64,000 bases of DNA from Blastocatellia bacterium (GCA_963765495.1 CAVXWP010000016.1:1-64000); one strand, 5' to 3'. Shown: positions 1 to 8,631, counted from the first letter of the stretch. Notes: generated by a model from the sequence alone, not told the origin. Made by a program: numbers and translations.

Positions 1-1052
1 CTTTATAGGCTTAAACCTATGAGGAACCGTTTGCCTATAAACCCTTACGCTACCATGAAACTCACCTGTATCATCAAACTCGCCCTCAATCAAATGATCA
101 CAATTCTCAAAATCTTCCGGTATGAAGAACGATTTGAAGTCTAACAAATCATATCTCCCGGCGTCATTATCTCCATAAATCCAAAAATAAGTTTTATGTT
201 CCGGGTTATCCGTCTTAAACAAATTAAACAGTCCCACTAAAGCAGACACCGTATGGTTTACTGATATATCATCTTTGTAATCTTCGGTTTCATCACTCTT
301 AGTGAAATTCCGCAAATCAACGATTTGCTGGTCTGGGTTAAATATGACAAACTTCGTAGCATGTGATTTTGTCGGTTCATCAAGTAACTCCTTGATTAGA
401 TCATCAATAATAAAATTCGGCACAACAAGATTATTACATTCGTCGATAATGGTTTTCTTTAATGAGGACTGGTATTTCCAAGGATCCGGTTGATTTTTTC
501 TCGGTGTAGGGAAGTTGCCCAAAAACTCAGCTTTAAGCTCTTGAAACGTATCCTGAAAACTTGAGGCAGAATTAATCGTTTTCAAGGGGATACTTACATC
601 ACTCAAAAACAGATCGTAGTTCTCTAAAATTCGCCAATCAAAGAAAACTGCCTCCAATGGTGTCTCATTTTCTTTGTCAGCATCAGCATTTGAGGGCCTA
701 AATAAGCGACTGCTAATCTGCCAATACCTTTTTCACCCATCTTTACACGAGGTTCTTTGTTCAGGGTTTCTTCGCCTTTTACATCTTCGTCAGGTCTTGA
801 TTTTGCATCAGTCCCAAGTACAAACCACTTTTCTAAAATGTCTTCCCGGTCCATTCCTTTGCCGTCATCTGAAATCACAAAAATAGGCTTTGGAATATCT
901 TTATATCCCTCCATGTAGAGAAAGGCTTCAAGATTATCTCCGTAAGCATCGTAGCCATTCTTCCATAGCTCGGATATAGCTGTTGGCAAATCGGCTATTT
1001 GCCCTTTGCCTAATAGGTCTACGGCTCTTGCTTTTGCTCTAAAATATGCCAC
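1..1052 (-). CDS. GHKL (HATPase_c/MORC-like) ATP-binding protein, frameshifted near 670, runs off window edge
   Basis: ORF 624-1052 has GHKL motifs ELWKNGYDA, DDGKGM and GEKGIGRLA. Adding one A in AAGAAAATGAG (~670) continues as ...KKNETPLEAVFFDWRILENYDLFLSDVSIP... in a frame that stays open to position 1. Confidence 0.8.
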
Positions 1053-2113
1053 TAGTTTGAATTGATTATAGCTTCCGCTATTCTTTTGGAAAGTGCCGGT
1101 GGAACTGCATTGCCAATCAATTGAGCAATCCCAGCAATTGAGTTGGAATAAAACTTATAGTTCAAATCAAAGGTTTGAAGTGTTGCTCCTTCACGTAATG
1201 AAATTCCCCTATCTTGTTCAGGATGTCCGAATCTCCCGTTAGTAATACTATGGAATTTTGTTGTTATAGTCGGTGCTGGTTTATCCCAAAACATTCTTCC
1301 GTAAATGTCTTGGAAGTAGTCGTCTTTTCCTTCATATGCAGGGATTTGTAATTCGGTATGACTCCAGGCTTTTCTTGTTCCTCCATCGTGGGGAGTCATC
1401 TTCATTCTTTTTTGATTGTCGATTGATAGTCCCGCACTCGTATGCAAAAAATCCGTACTGTCTCGGTGTCCGGCTGGTATTGGGACAAACTTTTCCCGAT
1501 GGCCAATATATTGCCTCACCGTCGGAGGGTAGTCTTTTGTATCAGCAATTGGTAAGGTAATTTTTCCTGTAACACGCGATGCGATCAGTAGGAATCTTTT
1601 TCTTGTTTGCGGAACTCCATAGTGACTCGCAGTTATTACATCATACACAAATTTATATTTGTTTCTATTCAAGAAATCTAAAAATGCCTTCAAAGGGCTT
1701 TCCTCGCTCTTGTTTAATATGCCAGGGACATTTTCAATTACGAGTGAGCCAGGCTTAAAATGGCTTACAAATTTTTGAAAATCAGATAACAGGTTTTTTG
1801 ACGCTTCCGATTTGCTCCTATCTGTATTGATTTTTGACCAATATTGACAAGGGCTACAGCAGATAAAAATCAGATTGTCATCCCGCTTCTTGATTCCGGT
1901 TCTTTTGGCTAATTCACGTAAAGGAAATGCCTTTATGTCAGCTTCTATAAACTGTGACGGGCGATTATTTTCTTCATATGTTTGCTTGCATTTGGGATCA
2001 ACATCTATCCCTGCAAGTACATTGATCTTGGCTTGTCGGAAACCATATGTCATACCACCCGCTCCGCAGAAAAAATCAATTGCGCATAACTCTTGATTTT
2101 TGTGGTCAGTCAT
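1052..2113 (-). CDS. dcm: DNA (cytosine-5) methyltransferase
   Basis: Motif I DFFCGAGG, catalytic SPCQ, ENV, QTRKR, motif IX REGATLQTF and motif X GNAVPP. The stop codon overlaps the start of the GHKL gene. Confidence 0.95.
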   Translation of the reverse strand: MTDHKNQELCAIDFFCGAGGMTYGFRQAKINVLAGIDVDPKCKQTYEENNRPSQFIEADIKAFPLRELAKRTGIKKRDDNLIFICCSPCQYWSKINTDRSKSEASKNLLSDFQKFVSHFKPGSLVIENVPGILNKSEESPLKAFLDFLNRNKYKFVYDVITASHYGVPQTRKRFLLIASRVTGKITLPIADTKDYPPTVRQYIGHREKFVPIPAGHRDSTDFLHTSAGLSIDNQKRMKMTPHDGGTRKAWSHTELQIPAYEGKDDYFQDIYGRMFWDKPAPTITTKFHSITNGRFGHPEQDRGISLREGATLQTFDLNYKFYSNSIAGIAQLIGNAVPPALSKRIAEAIINSN

Positions 2114-2335
2114 ACTGATGTTTCTGAAAACTAAAAAACCTCCTTAAATTTTTATAGGGGCAGAAAAAAAGCAAAATTCAATTATCCGATGAATTAGCAG
2201 ATGTATAATTGGTTTGTCAATCCTTACCGGACAGGTTCCATGCCTTCCCTCTAATATTTGGCTGTGGCTTTCATCTTTACTACGCTCTTGCTGATAATTC
2301 CTCTGGTGTTTGCATCGTCCAATTGTGGTCCGATC

Positions 2336-2671
2336 TTATTTTTCGCTCTCACTCCATATCCAGCTACCTGCGCCAATAGGGTATAACTTTACTCCTTCAA
2401 TTTCCTCTGAATAGAAACGATCTTCTTCTCCGTCTTGCATCTCGAATGTGAACTCATCGCGGTTATTGTCATAGGATGCATTCTTGCCACTACCCCGCCA
2501 GGCGTCGGCTATGCACTGGGCCTGATCAAAAGTAAAGTATGGACAAGCAAAGCCATTCCAGTCTTCGCCGCGAGTGTATCCCTCAAACTGCTGTCCTTCG
2601 AGAAAGTCCAAGGTGAACCTTTCCTTTATCATTATATTTCTCTCCATATCTCTAGCTGTAGGTATATTCAT
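2336..2671 (-). CDS. hypothetical phage/plasmid-type protein
   Basis: 111-aa acidic, aromatic-rich ORF (WNGFACPYF, YPIGAGSWIW), co-oriented with its neighbours. Confidence 0.7.
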   Translation of the reverse strand: MNIPTARDMERNIMIKERFTLDFLEGQQFEGYTRGEDWNGFACPYFTFDQAQCIADAWRGSGKNASYDNNRDEFTFEMQDGEEDRFYSEEIEGVKLYPIGAGSWIWSESEK

Positions 2672-2789
2672 TTAATGCAATACTGTCAACGTCCTTTTCC
2701 CAAGAGCCTTGGGTTATTCTTGAGAGCCTCATCACGAGGCTCCCCATACCAATCTTTTACTACTAGCTGCTATTTGCGATTGCTTACCC

Positions 2790-3146
2790 TTATATATCAT
2801 CAACTGTTGCTCTCTGTTCGTTACTATCAGCCATGTATTTTTCTATGACATCGCGCATAATGTCGGGCGTATTCCTTCCGCCCATCACTTCATACCGGCC
2901 TGCATATAACTTCAACGCCAATCTGTAGGCTTCCGATCCTCTAAACAACAGTTCGATGAATCGGTCTAGCTCGGCTTCTACTACCTGCCAGCCGCAGCCT
3001 TCTTTCCTCATCCCCCGGCGCAATACGATGAACAGGTCTGCTAAAGCTTCGCGGCTCTCTTCTGATAAACCCTCAAGGCGTACCAGCCTGCTTTCATCAT
3101 CCATAAACAGGCTCGGTTGATTATCTGAGTTCTCCTGTGTTGTCAT
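2790..3146 (-). CDS. hypothetical protein
   Basis: 118-aa ORF preceded by GAAAGG. Confidence 0.6.
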   Translation of the reverse strand: MTTQENSDNQPSLFMDDESRLVRLEGLSEESREALADLFIVLRRGMRKEGCGWQVVEAELDRFIELLFRGSEAYRLALKLYAGRYEVMGGRNTPDIMRDVIEKYMADSNEQRATVDDI

Positions 3147-3187
3147 GATAGTGCCTTTCTGCGTGCTGATAAGGCACGCGGGATAGT

Positions 3188-3221
3188 GGGCCGTGCGATT
3201 CTTTGCGGGAGCGCACGGCCC
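3188..3221. terminator. GC-rich hairpin, putative terminator
   Basis: GGGCCGTGCG...CGCACGGCCC 10-bp stem just after the stop of 3232-3588. Confidence 0.5.
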
Positions 3222-3231
3222 TTAATTTTAC

Positions 3232-3588
3232 CTATGCTGCACGCTGTCCTAACTCGGCGCGCTCAAAATCAATCATCGCAATCCTGAGTTCACGGCGTAG
3301 CCTTTCAATTTCAGCATTGAGCAAGGCAATGCGGCGCTCAAGTATTCGCGCTGTCTCTCTGTCGCGTTGATATTGAGCGTCAGTCTTTAGGCTTGTGCGT
3401 GCGGCCCGTTCGCGTAGCTTGTCATTTGTGTATAGCGGCTTTCCGTCTTCGCCTCTGGCCTCGGCCGCTTCGCAGATTGCCTCAAGCTCTCTGTCTTTGA
3501 TCTGCTCTCGCACAATTGCGAGGTCTTCCGAATTCGTGATGAGTTTTTGGTGTTTGGCTTCGATCTGATCTGGCATCTGATGAATCAT
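3232..3588 (-). CDS. coiled-coil hypothetical phage protein
   Basis: GGAGGT RBS before ATG 3588; heptad-like E/R/L-rich sequence. Confidence 0.7.
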   Translation of the reverse strand: MIHQMPDQIEAKHQKLITNSEDLAIVREQIKDRELEAICEAAEARGEDGKPLYTNDKLRERAARTSLKTDAQYQRDRETARILERRIALLNAEIERLRRELRIAMIDFERAELGQRAA

Positions 3589-3640
3589 GGTCTTACCTCC
3601 TGAGTGTGGGGCAAGTCGAGCTTGCCCCGGTCTGGTGTGG

Positions 3641-3920
3641 TTAGTATTCAGACGGTAATAAGCACAGTCGTTGCGCTGCGGTCGGCTTCTGTGATTACCC
3701 AAATCTTGGTTTGATCTTTCAGTCGATAGGCTGAGAAGATTCTGAGGTCTTTATCAACTGAAAAATCATTCTCTTGCTTGTCTTCTTCGCACAAGCACCC
3801 CAATTCCCTTGCTGATGCCTGTGGATAAATTCAAAGGCATCCTGGCCGGCTGTCGACGAGAGCTTCCAGTGCGCCTGGTGTGGCTACCATTCTTCCAAGT
3901 GGAAATCTTACTTCTCTCAT
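3641..3920 (-). pseudogene. conserved plasmid/phage hypothetical protein with about 3 frameshifts
   Basis: GGAGGG RBS. The pieces join to MREVRFPLGRMVATPGALEAL..GQDAFEFIHRHQQGNWG..LCEEDKQEND..RIFSAY..IWVITEADRSATTVL.PSEY, which I recognise as a mobile-element protein family. It is absent from the ORF track. Confidence 0.7.
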
Positions 3921-3930
3921 GCTCCCTCCA

Positions 3931-4209
3931 TTAGTGCGCGTAATGCGCTCGATAAAATTGCCTGCTGAGTTCATAGGCCGGATGGTCTTTCACATTCTTG
4001 AGATTGAAAGCCCATCGCTTTGTATGTCGCTGTGATTGTCCACCGATGCGGCCGAATGCTCGGAAGTCGCCTTGTGCGATGTGGTAGGCAACGTGACAGC
4101 CTTTGTGAACCGGCTCGGTTTCGGTCCCTCCCTGGCTGCGGTAAACCGGATGATGCAGGTTTGTTACATCATCCGGTTTGATTGCCTGCTCGCACAGTCC
4201 ACAGGTCAA
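3931..4209 (-). CDS. HNH endonuclease-like protein
   Basis: CGLC...LHHPVYRSQGGT...VHKGCHVAYH. The probable TTG start overlaps the upstream stop. Confidence 0.75.
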   Translation of the reverse strand: MTCGLCEQAIKPDDVTNLHHPVYRSQGGTETEPVHKGCHVAYHIAQGDFRAFGRIGGQSQRHTKRWAFNLKNVKDHPAYELSRQFYRAHYAH

Positions 4210-4520
4210 ATGTCTATGCCGCCGATACGAAGGTCCGAGCGGTTGCATTTGTGATGCGGGCATTTGGCATGTTCGCAAGCCTTCTTGATTAAGACTTGTG
4301 CGCCATCATCCAAAGTGACAGGCTTTGCCCCGTCCCATGCTTTGGTTTCTTCTTCGGCTAATCGGATAGCCTCAAGGTCTTCTGACCATTCGGAGTAGCC
4401 TTCAAAGTATTCGGCATTCGCGGCTGCCAATTCTTCGGCCTGAAGTTGAAGGCTGTAAGCGGTCGGGTAAAAGTCGTTCTTGAGTGATTGAATGTCGGTC
4501 GGTGTCGTGTTAGTCTTCAT
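4206..4520 (-). CDS. hypothetical phage protein with C-terminal Cys/His cluster
   Basis: AAAGGA RBS; C-terminal CEHAKCPHHKC. Confidence 0.65.
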   Translation of the reverse strand: MKTNTTPTDIQSLKNDFYPTAYSLQLQAEELAAANAEYFEGYSEWSEDLEAIRLAEEETKAWDGAKPVTLDDGAQVLIKKACEHAKCPHHKCNRSDLRIGGIDI

Positions 4521-4562
4521 TTTGAAGAAATCCTTTCATCGTTTATTCGGTGGAAGTTTCGA

Positions 4563-4590
4563 GCGGCTAGATGCTGGAACATCTAGCCGC
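4563..4590. terminator. perfect 11-bp hairpin
   Basis: GCGGCTAGATG-ctggaa-CATCTAGCCGC, downstream of the 42-aa ORF. Confidence 0.5.
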
Positions 4591-4597
4591 TTCGCTG

Positions 4598-4726
4598 TTA
4601 GAACGGGTAATCTTGATCGTCGCCGTGCAACCATTCGCCATAGTCTTCGGCGCTCATTTCAAACTCAACCTGTGGTATGTCGCCTGCCTTAACTTGCTCA
4701 AGTGTGCGTGTCTCGCGTTCCTTCAT
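4598..4726 (-). CDS. 42-aa acidic small protein, first gene of the leftward operon
   Basis: AGGAGG RBS, then MKERETRTLEQVKAGDIPQVEFEMSAEDYGEWLHGDDQDYPF*; below the ORF-track cutoff. Confidence 0.6.
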   Translation of the reverse strand: MKERETRTLEQVKAGDIPQVEFEMSAEDYGEWLHGDDQDYPF

Positions 4727-4820
4727 GGTGGTAGCCTCCTGATTTGAAGTAGTGATTTGTTTAAGGTGAGTGTTTGCGTGTCTGTCGGTTGAGTGAGTAT
4801 CTTACCCTCTCAACTCTGCT

Positions 4821-4871
4821 TAGTCCCTCATCAGCACGGCAACTATGACCAGACCCTTTGAGGTTTCGGCT
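4821..4871 (-). ncRNA. candidate type II hammerhead ribozyme
   Basis: Minus strand reads AGCC-GAAA-CCU-CAAA-GGGUC-UGGU-CAUAGUU-GCCG-UG-CUGAUGA-GG-GACUA. It has the full catalytic core, a GUC site, a short stem II, and loop-I UAGUU complementary to the 3' tail GACUA (pseudoknot). Confidence 0.55.
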
Positions 4872-4905
4872 TGATTGTCAAAGAACCATCAACCTTACAA
4901 GAGAA

Positions 4906-4977
4906 ACTATACCATATGTGGAATAGTTTGTCAATAAAAATATTCCACTTGACGAATAATTTCTCCGAGTGTATAAA
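4906..4977. promoter_or_regulatory. back-to-back sigma70 promoters with inverted-repeat operator
   Basis: Minus: TTGACA-17-TATAGT (4934-4906). Plus: TTGACG-17-TATAAA (4949-4977). Inverted repeat GTGGAATA (4918-4925) / TATTCCAC (4941-4948). Confidence 0.75.
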
Positions 4978-4983
4978 TGAGGT

Positions 4984-5202
4984 ATGAGTTTGATTAGTAC
5001 AAATAATGCGGCGGATATACTGGGAATATCACGGCGTCGGGTACTAGCTCTTATAGCAGACGGTCGTTTGCCTGCTCAAAAGATAGGACGTGATTACGTT
5101 ATTGAGGAGGGTGACTTAAAGCTTGTGAAAGAGCGTAAGCCAGGACGGCCCCGCAGTAAGCAGGTAGGCAAATCTCAGAAAGCTGGCCGTAGAAAAGAAT
5201 AA
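4984..5202 (+). CDS. excisionase-like HTH_17 DNA-binding protein
   Basis: ISTNNAADILGISRRRVLALIADGRLPAQKIGRDYVI with a basic tail; adjacent to the tRNA 3' end. Confidence 0.85.
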   Translation: MSLISTNNAADILGISRRRVLALIADGRLPAQKIGRDYVIEEGDLKLVKERKPGRPRSKQVGKSQKAGRRKE

Positions 5203-5258
5203 TTCAGTTGAATGTGCGACTATATGTGCGACTTGAGCATAAAACCTAACCAGAATGA

Positions 5259-5286
5259 AAAAGGCGAGCCGTTTAACCCGCCTTTT
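5259..5286. terminator. bidirectional terminator-like hairpin
   Basis: AAAAGGCG...CGCCTTTT between the convergent HTH gene and tRNA. Confidence 0.55.
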
Positions 5287-5301
5287 ATCACTACTTATAA
5301 G

Positions 5302-5373
5302 TGGCCCCTGGAGGATTCGAACCTCCAACCAAAGGATTATGAGTCCTCTGCTCTGCCGTTGAGCTAAGGGGCC
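5302..5373 (-). tRNA. tRNA with CAU anticodon, most likely tRNA-Ile2 (lysidine); CCA not encoded
   Basis: GGCCCCTTAGCTCAACGGCAGAGCAGAGGACTCATAATCCTTTGGTTGGAGGTTCGAATCCTCCAGGGGCCA. The GGCCCCT acceptor stem and CTCATAAT anticodon region match the Ile2 pattern. Confidence 0.92.
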
Positions 5374-5517
5374 TTTATTTTCAATAACTTAACCCGCTTT
5401 TTTCAATCCCCCAAAATCGGAGTCCTCTGCTCTACAGCCTCTCAGAAATCTTCGGCTCCGATTGGCGAAAATGTATTTATAACACAGCCTCTCCTGATGA
5501 GAAAAGTCTAAGAGCAA

Positions 5518-5541
5518 TCAATAAGCACACCCGAAGCGCCT
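5518..5541 (+). repeat. 24-bp direct repeat, copy 1
   Basis: TCAATAAGCACACCCGAAGCGCCT; copy 2 at 35121-35144 differs at one base. Confidence 0.8.
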
Positions 5542-5633
5542 GTTTTGACTTTAACCTTGTTAATCAACAAAGGTTAAAGATTGAGCAGGATTCGCAGTCT
5601 GTCTTCAACTGCATCAATAGTCTGCTGCGATAC

Positions 5634-5851
5634 CAGCAATTCCCGGTCAGGCTGTAAGTTGATGAAATCAAAAGAGGAAGCGAAAAAGATAATTGCGAAA
5701 GTAAATTCTGTTGTACCAACAGTTATAGCAAAATCGGATAGATGTAATCGGTGTTTTGCGCTAAGTGCTGTGATTGCCTTAATTACAACGCAATTTCACG
5801 ATTTCCAATCTCCTTTGTTCGCTTCAATTCCGGTCTAACCGGGAATCGCTG
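5634..5851. mobile_element. 218-bp MITE
   Basis: TIRs CAGCAATTCCCGGTCAG / CTAACCGGGAATCGCTG (15/17), 9-bp TSD CTGCGATAC (5625-5633, 5852-5860), no transposase. Confidence 0.85.
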
Positions 5852-6075
5852 CTGCGATACAGTCCCCAATCGCTTTGCAAGGCGATCTGTAGATACAGCC
5901 CGAATATTCTCGCACATGGCAAAGCTCTCTTTCTTTAACCCACCTTCGGGCGGGTTGATCTGTATATGAGTGGGGATGCCGCGATTTCTTGTAGTGATGG
6001 GCAGGATGATAGCAAGTCGAGCAGGGCCGTGATTGAGTTGATCTACGGATACAACAAGAGCCGGTCGCCTTCCGG

Positions 6076-7380
6076 CAGGGCTGTTGCAAAGTAGCTTGAC
6101 AAGATAAGAGAAAAGACCTTATCCGGTTGTTCTTTGAATCAAACACTTTACAAACCGGAGGTAGGTCTCTGATGGAGTATAACACTTTTGCCGCTTCTAT
6201 TGTTCCTGGGGATTCTCCCTTTTTCTTCGATGTCGGGAGTCTCTATCATTATCTAGGGAATCTCAAAGATCATCGCAAAGCTAAAGGTAAGCGATACCCT
6301 CTTGCACTTGCTTTGGTCTTTGTCGTTCTGGCTAAACTTGCTGGCGAGGATGAGCCTCGTGGCATTGCTCATTGGATTGCTTTGAGAAAGCAGTTTCTTC
6401 GTGAGGCTCTCGATTTTGATCGAGATTCCACTCCTCACCCTACTACTTACTCTCGTATACTTGGCAAGGCTTTTGATCTTAATGAATTTCAACAACTTCT
6501 CAGTCTCTTTCTGCTTTCTGCTGATAAAGCAGAACAATCAGTAGAAATGAACATGGATGGAAAGACTCTTAGAGGGACTATACCAGCAGGTCAGACTAAA
6601 GGGTTGCATCTGCTTGCAGCCTATCTCCCAGATCAAGGCGTTGTGCTCTTGCAGATGGAAGTAGGATCAAAAGAGAATGAAATATCTGCTGCCCCTCGCT
6701 TGCTTAAATCTATAGATTTACAGGGGAAAATAGTGACTGGTGATGCCATGTTTGCACAACGTGAACTCTCTCGACAAGTCGTCGAAGCTGGCGGCGATTA
6801 CGTCTGGACAGTCAAGGACAATCAAGCCCACCTGCGCTCAGAGATTGAAACATTGTTCGAAATAGAAGAGGGTAAAACCAAACTCAAAGAGATGAAAAAC
6901 GATCTGGCCACAGCCTGCTCTATAGAGAAACATCACGGGCGAATTGAACACAGAAAGATAACAACAAGTTCAATGATGGCAGGAGAGATGGATTGGCCAT
7001 ACTTGGAACAAGTCTACAAGATAGAGCGAGAAGTTGAAATAGTGTCTACAGGAAAGAAGCGAAGCGAAACAAGCTATGGAATAACAAGCCTGACAAAGAA
7101 GGAAGCAGATGCTGAAAGGATGCTACAGGTGGTGCGAAAGCATTGGCAAGTGGAGAATGGGTTACACTACCGAAGAGATAAGACAATGAAAGAGGACTAT
7201 TGTAGGTTGAAGACAGGGCATGCAGCAGAGAGCTTGGCAGTGATAAACAATCTGGTAATCGCAATGGTATTAAGGCAGGGTTTGAAGAATCTGCCGGAAG
7301 CAAGGCGGCGCTACAACGCCAATCCGCAAGAGGCCCTAAATCTAATATTGCGTCGTTGAGCCTACTTTGCAACAGCCCTG
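6076..7380 (+). mobile_element. ISAs1-family insertion sequence (1305 bp)
   Basis: Perfect 19-bp TIR CAGGGCTGTTGCAAAGTAG; 9-bp TSD GCCTTCCGG (6067-6075, 7381-7389). Confidence 0.95.
6172..7359 (+). CDS. ISAs1-family transposase
   Basis: DGKTLRG, KENEI, DAMFAQR, VKDNQ, HGRIE and HWQVENGLHYRRD motifs. Confidence 0.95.
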   Translation: MEYNTFAASIVPGDSPFFFDVGSLYHYLGNLKDHRKAKGKRYPLALALVFVVLAKLAGEDEPRGIAHWIALRKQFLREALDFDRDSTPHPTTYSRILGKAFDLNEFQQLLSLFLLSADKAEQSVEMNMDGKTLRGTIPAGQTKGLHLLAAYLPDQGVVLLQMEVGSKENEISAAPRLLKSIDLQGKIVTGDAMFAQRELSRQVVEAGGDYVWTVKDNQAHLRSEIETLFEIEEGKTKLKEMKNDLATACSIEKHHGRIEHRKITTSSMMAGEMDWPYLEQVYKIEREVEIVSTGKKRSETSYGITSLTKKEADAERMLQVVRKHWQVENGLHYRRDKTMKEDYCRLKTGHAAESLAVINNLVIAMVLRQGLKNLPEARRRYNANPQEALNLILRR

Positions 7381-7452
7381 GCCTTCCGGCTTGCTCATGG
7401 CCTCTCGTTGGGTTTAAGTCTATAGTCCAAATCTCGCCTCTAAATGGAAGCA

Positions 7453-7701
7453 TCAATTATCCCCCAATCCATCAAGAAGTGTAGAATCCCATAGCTCACG
7501 CTCTGCTGACTCTTCGCGCTCTGCTTTCGCATCCTCGTGCACCTTTGCATAAGCTGCGTTGAATTGTTCTATAAACACCTTGCGCCGGTAGTCTTCTATC
7601 GCCTTAGCCAGTATATCGGCCATAGCCTCGCCTGTTTCGGCTGCGATCTCACGCAAGTTCGCATGCGCTTGCTCGCTTATCCTCACGGTCGAAGTCGCCA
7701 T
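7453..7701 (-). CDS. ribbon-helix-helix antitoxin, cognate of the mazF
   Basis: TVRISEQAHANLREIA N-terminus and acidic WDSTLLDGL tail; overlaps the toxin start. Confidence 0.85.
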   Translation of the reverse strand: MATSTVRISEQAHANLREIAAETGEAMADILAKAIEDYRRKVFIEQFNAAYAKVHEDAKAEREESAERELWDSTLLDGLGDN

Positions 7702-8024
7702 ATTGCACCTCTCTTGATGATCTACAATTGAGTATACATAAGCATCAACAATAGTGTCTACAAGGCTCTAAAATGGCCTCAGACGAGCTTTATAGCAACA
7801 AGATATTAAGAACTGTCAGCAACCTGATTTGATTCCCGAACTAAAAAGGCAAAGCATTCTTGAGCCACAAATAAGCTTCCAAGAATTCTGGTAATCTTTT
7901 TGCGGCGACCTCTAAATTGTGCCTTGGTTTGATCAAAGCTAAATGTTTAAGTAGCCCAAGACGCCGCACAAGAACAATCACGGACTAATGCTCTCTTACT
8001 TCTTCACACCTTTGATTGGTTTCC

Positions 8025-8603
8025 CTATTCCTCTGCGATTCGAACAGCAGCCTCAGCGATTGCTCGCTTTTGTTTCTCAGTGAAATGGGAGAAAGTACTA
8101 TTGTGATAAACGGAGTCATATAGATGCTGGCGCGAATAATCTTTCAGTCGTTCATCACTGATACCCGCATCTTGAAAAACCTGAGTTAGGCCCTCTATTG
8201 CTTCCTGCGTAGGTAATTGAAGACCGTTCTTCCATACCTGAACGATTTGCCGGGAACGCCGCTCCCCATTCTTGCCGATCATCCGGTTTGCGACCTGTTC
8301 CACGCTCATTTTTGCGTCCTTGAAGAATTCCTCAAGAAGCAGGCTAGAATCATAAACCCGCTCAACTTTGTGTTCTTGGATAGTCTTTTTAAGAGTTTTT
8401 TCTAATCTTGCCCGTGTGGCTGCATCAACTTCAAGTTTTTCGATTATATTTCTGCCCACTTCCTCACTCGGCGGGGTTTGACTTGTGGTTCGCTCAATTT
8501 GGGAAATATAGGCTACGCTCTTATCTACCTTATCTGCGAGGTCTTGTTGTAGCATGCCTTTCGCCAATCTGATTTCCTTAACTAGTTCTCCAAAGGTTTT
8601 CAT
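8025..8603 (-). CDS. XRE-family regulator with two HTH-like domains
   Basis: FGELVKEIRLAKGMLQQDLADKVDKSVAYISQIE, plus a second unit MSVEQVA...SRQIVQVWKNGLQLP. Confidence 0.85.
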   Translation of the reverse strand: MKTFGELVKEIRLAKGMLQQDLADKVDKSVAYISQIERTTSQTPPSEEVGRNIIEKLEVDAATRARLEKTLKKTIQEHKVERVYDSSLLLEEFFKDAKMSVEQVANRMIGKNGERRSRQIVQVWKNGLQLPTQEAIEGLTQVFQDAGISDERLKDYSRQHLYDSVYHNSTFSHFTEKQKRAIAEAAVRIAEE

Positions 8604-8631
8604 CTCTCACTCCAAGATCAAAATTGAAAAA

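Larger units (their letters stand above)
5574..7456 (-). pseudogene. mazF: PemK/MazF toxin interrupted by ISAs1 and a MITE
   Basis: Removing both insertions gives MMLPFRGEIWTIDLNPTRGHEQAGRRPALVVSVDQLNHGPARLAIILPITTRNRGIPTHIQINPPEGGLKKESFAMCENIRAVSTDRLAKRLGTVSQQTIDAVEDRLRILLNL*. Confidence 0.9.

Noticed and set aside
5302-5373. tRNA-Met or tRNA-fMet
   Set aside because: No C1:A72 mismatch or triple G-C anticodon stem; the acceptor stem fits Ile2 better, although elongator Met is not fully excluded.
5465-5510. Second hammerhead (GGCGAAA...CTGATGAG)
   Set aside because: No stems I-III or suitably placed cleavage triplet could be formed.
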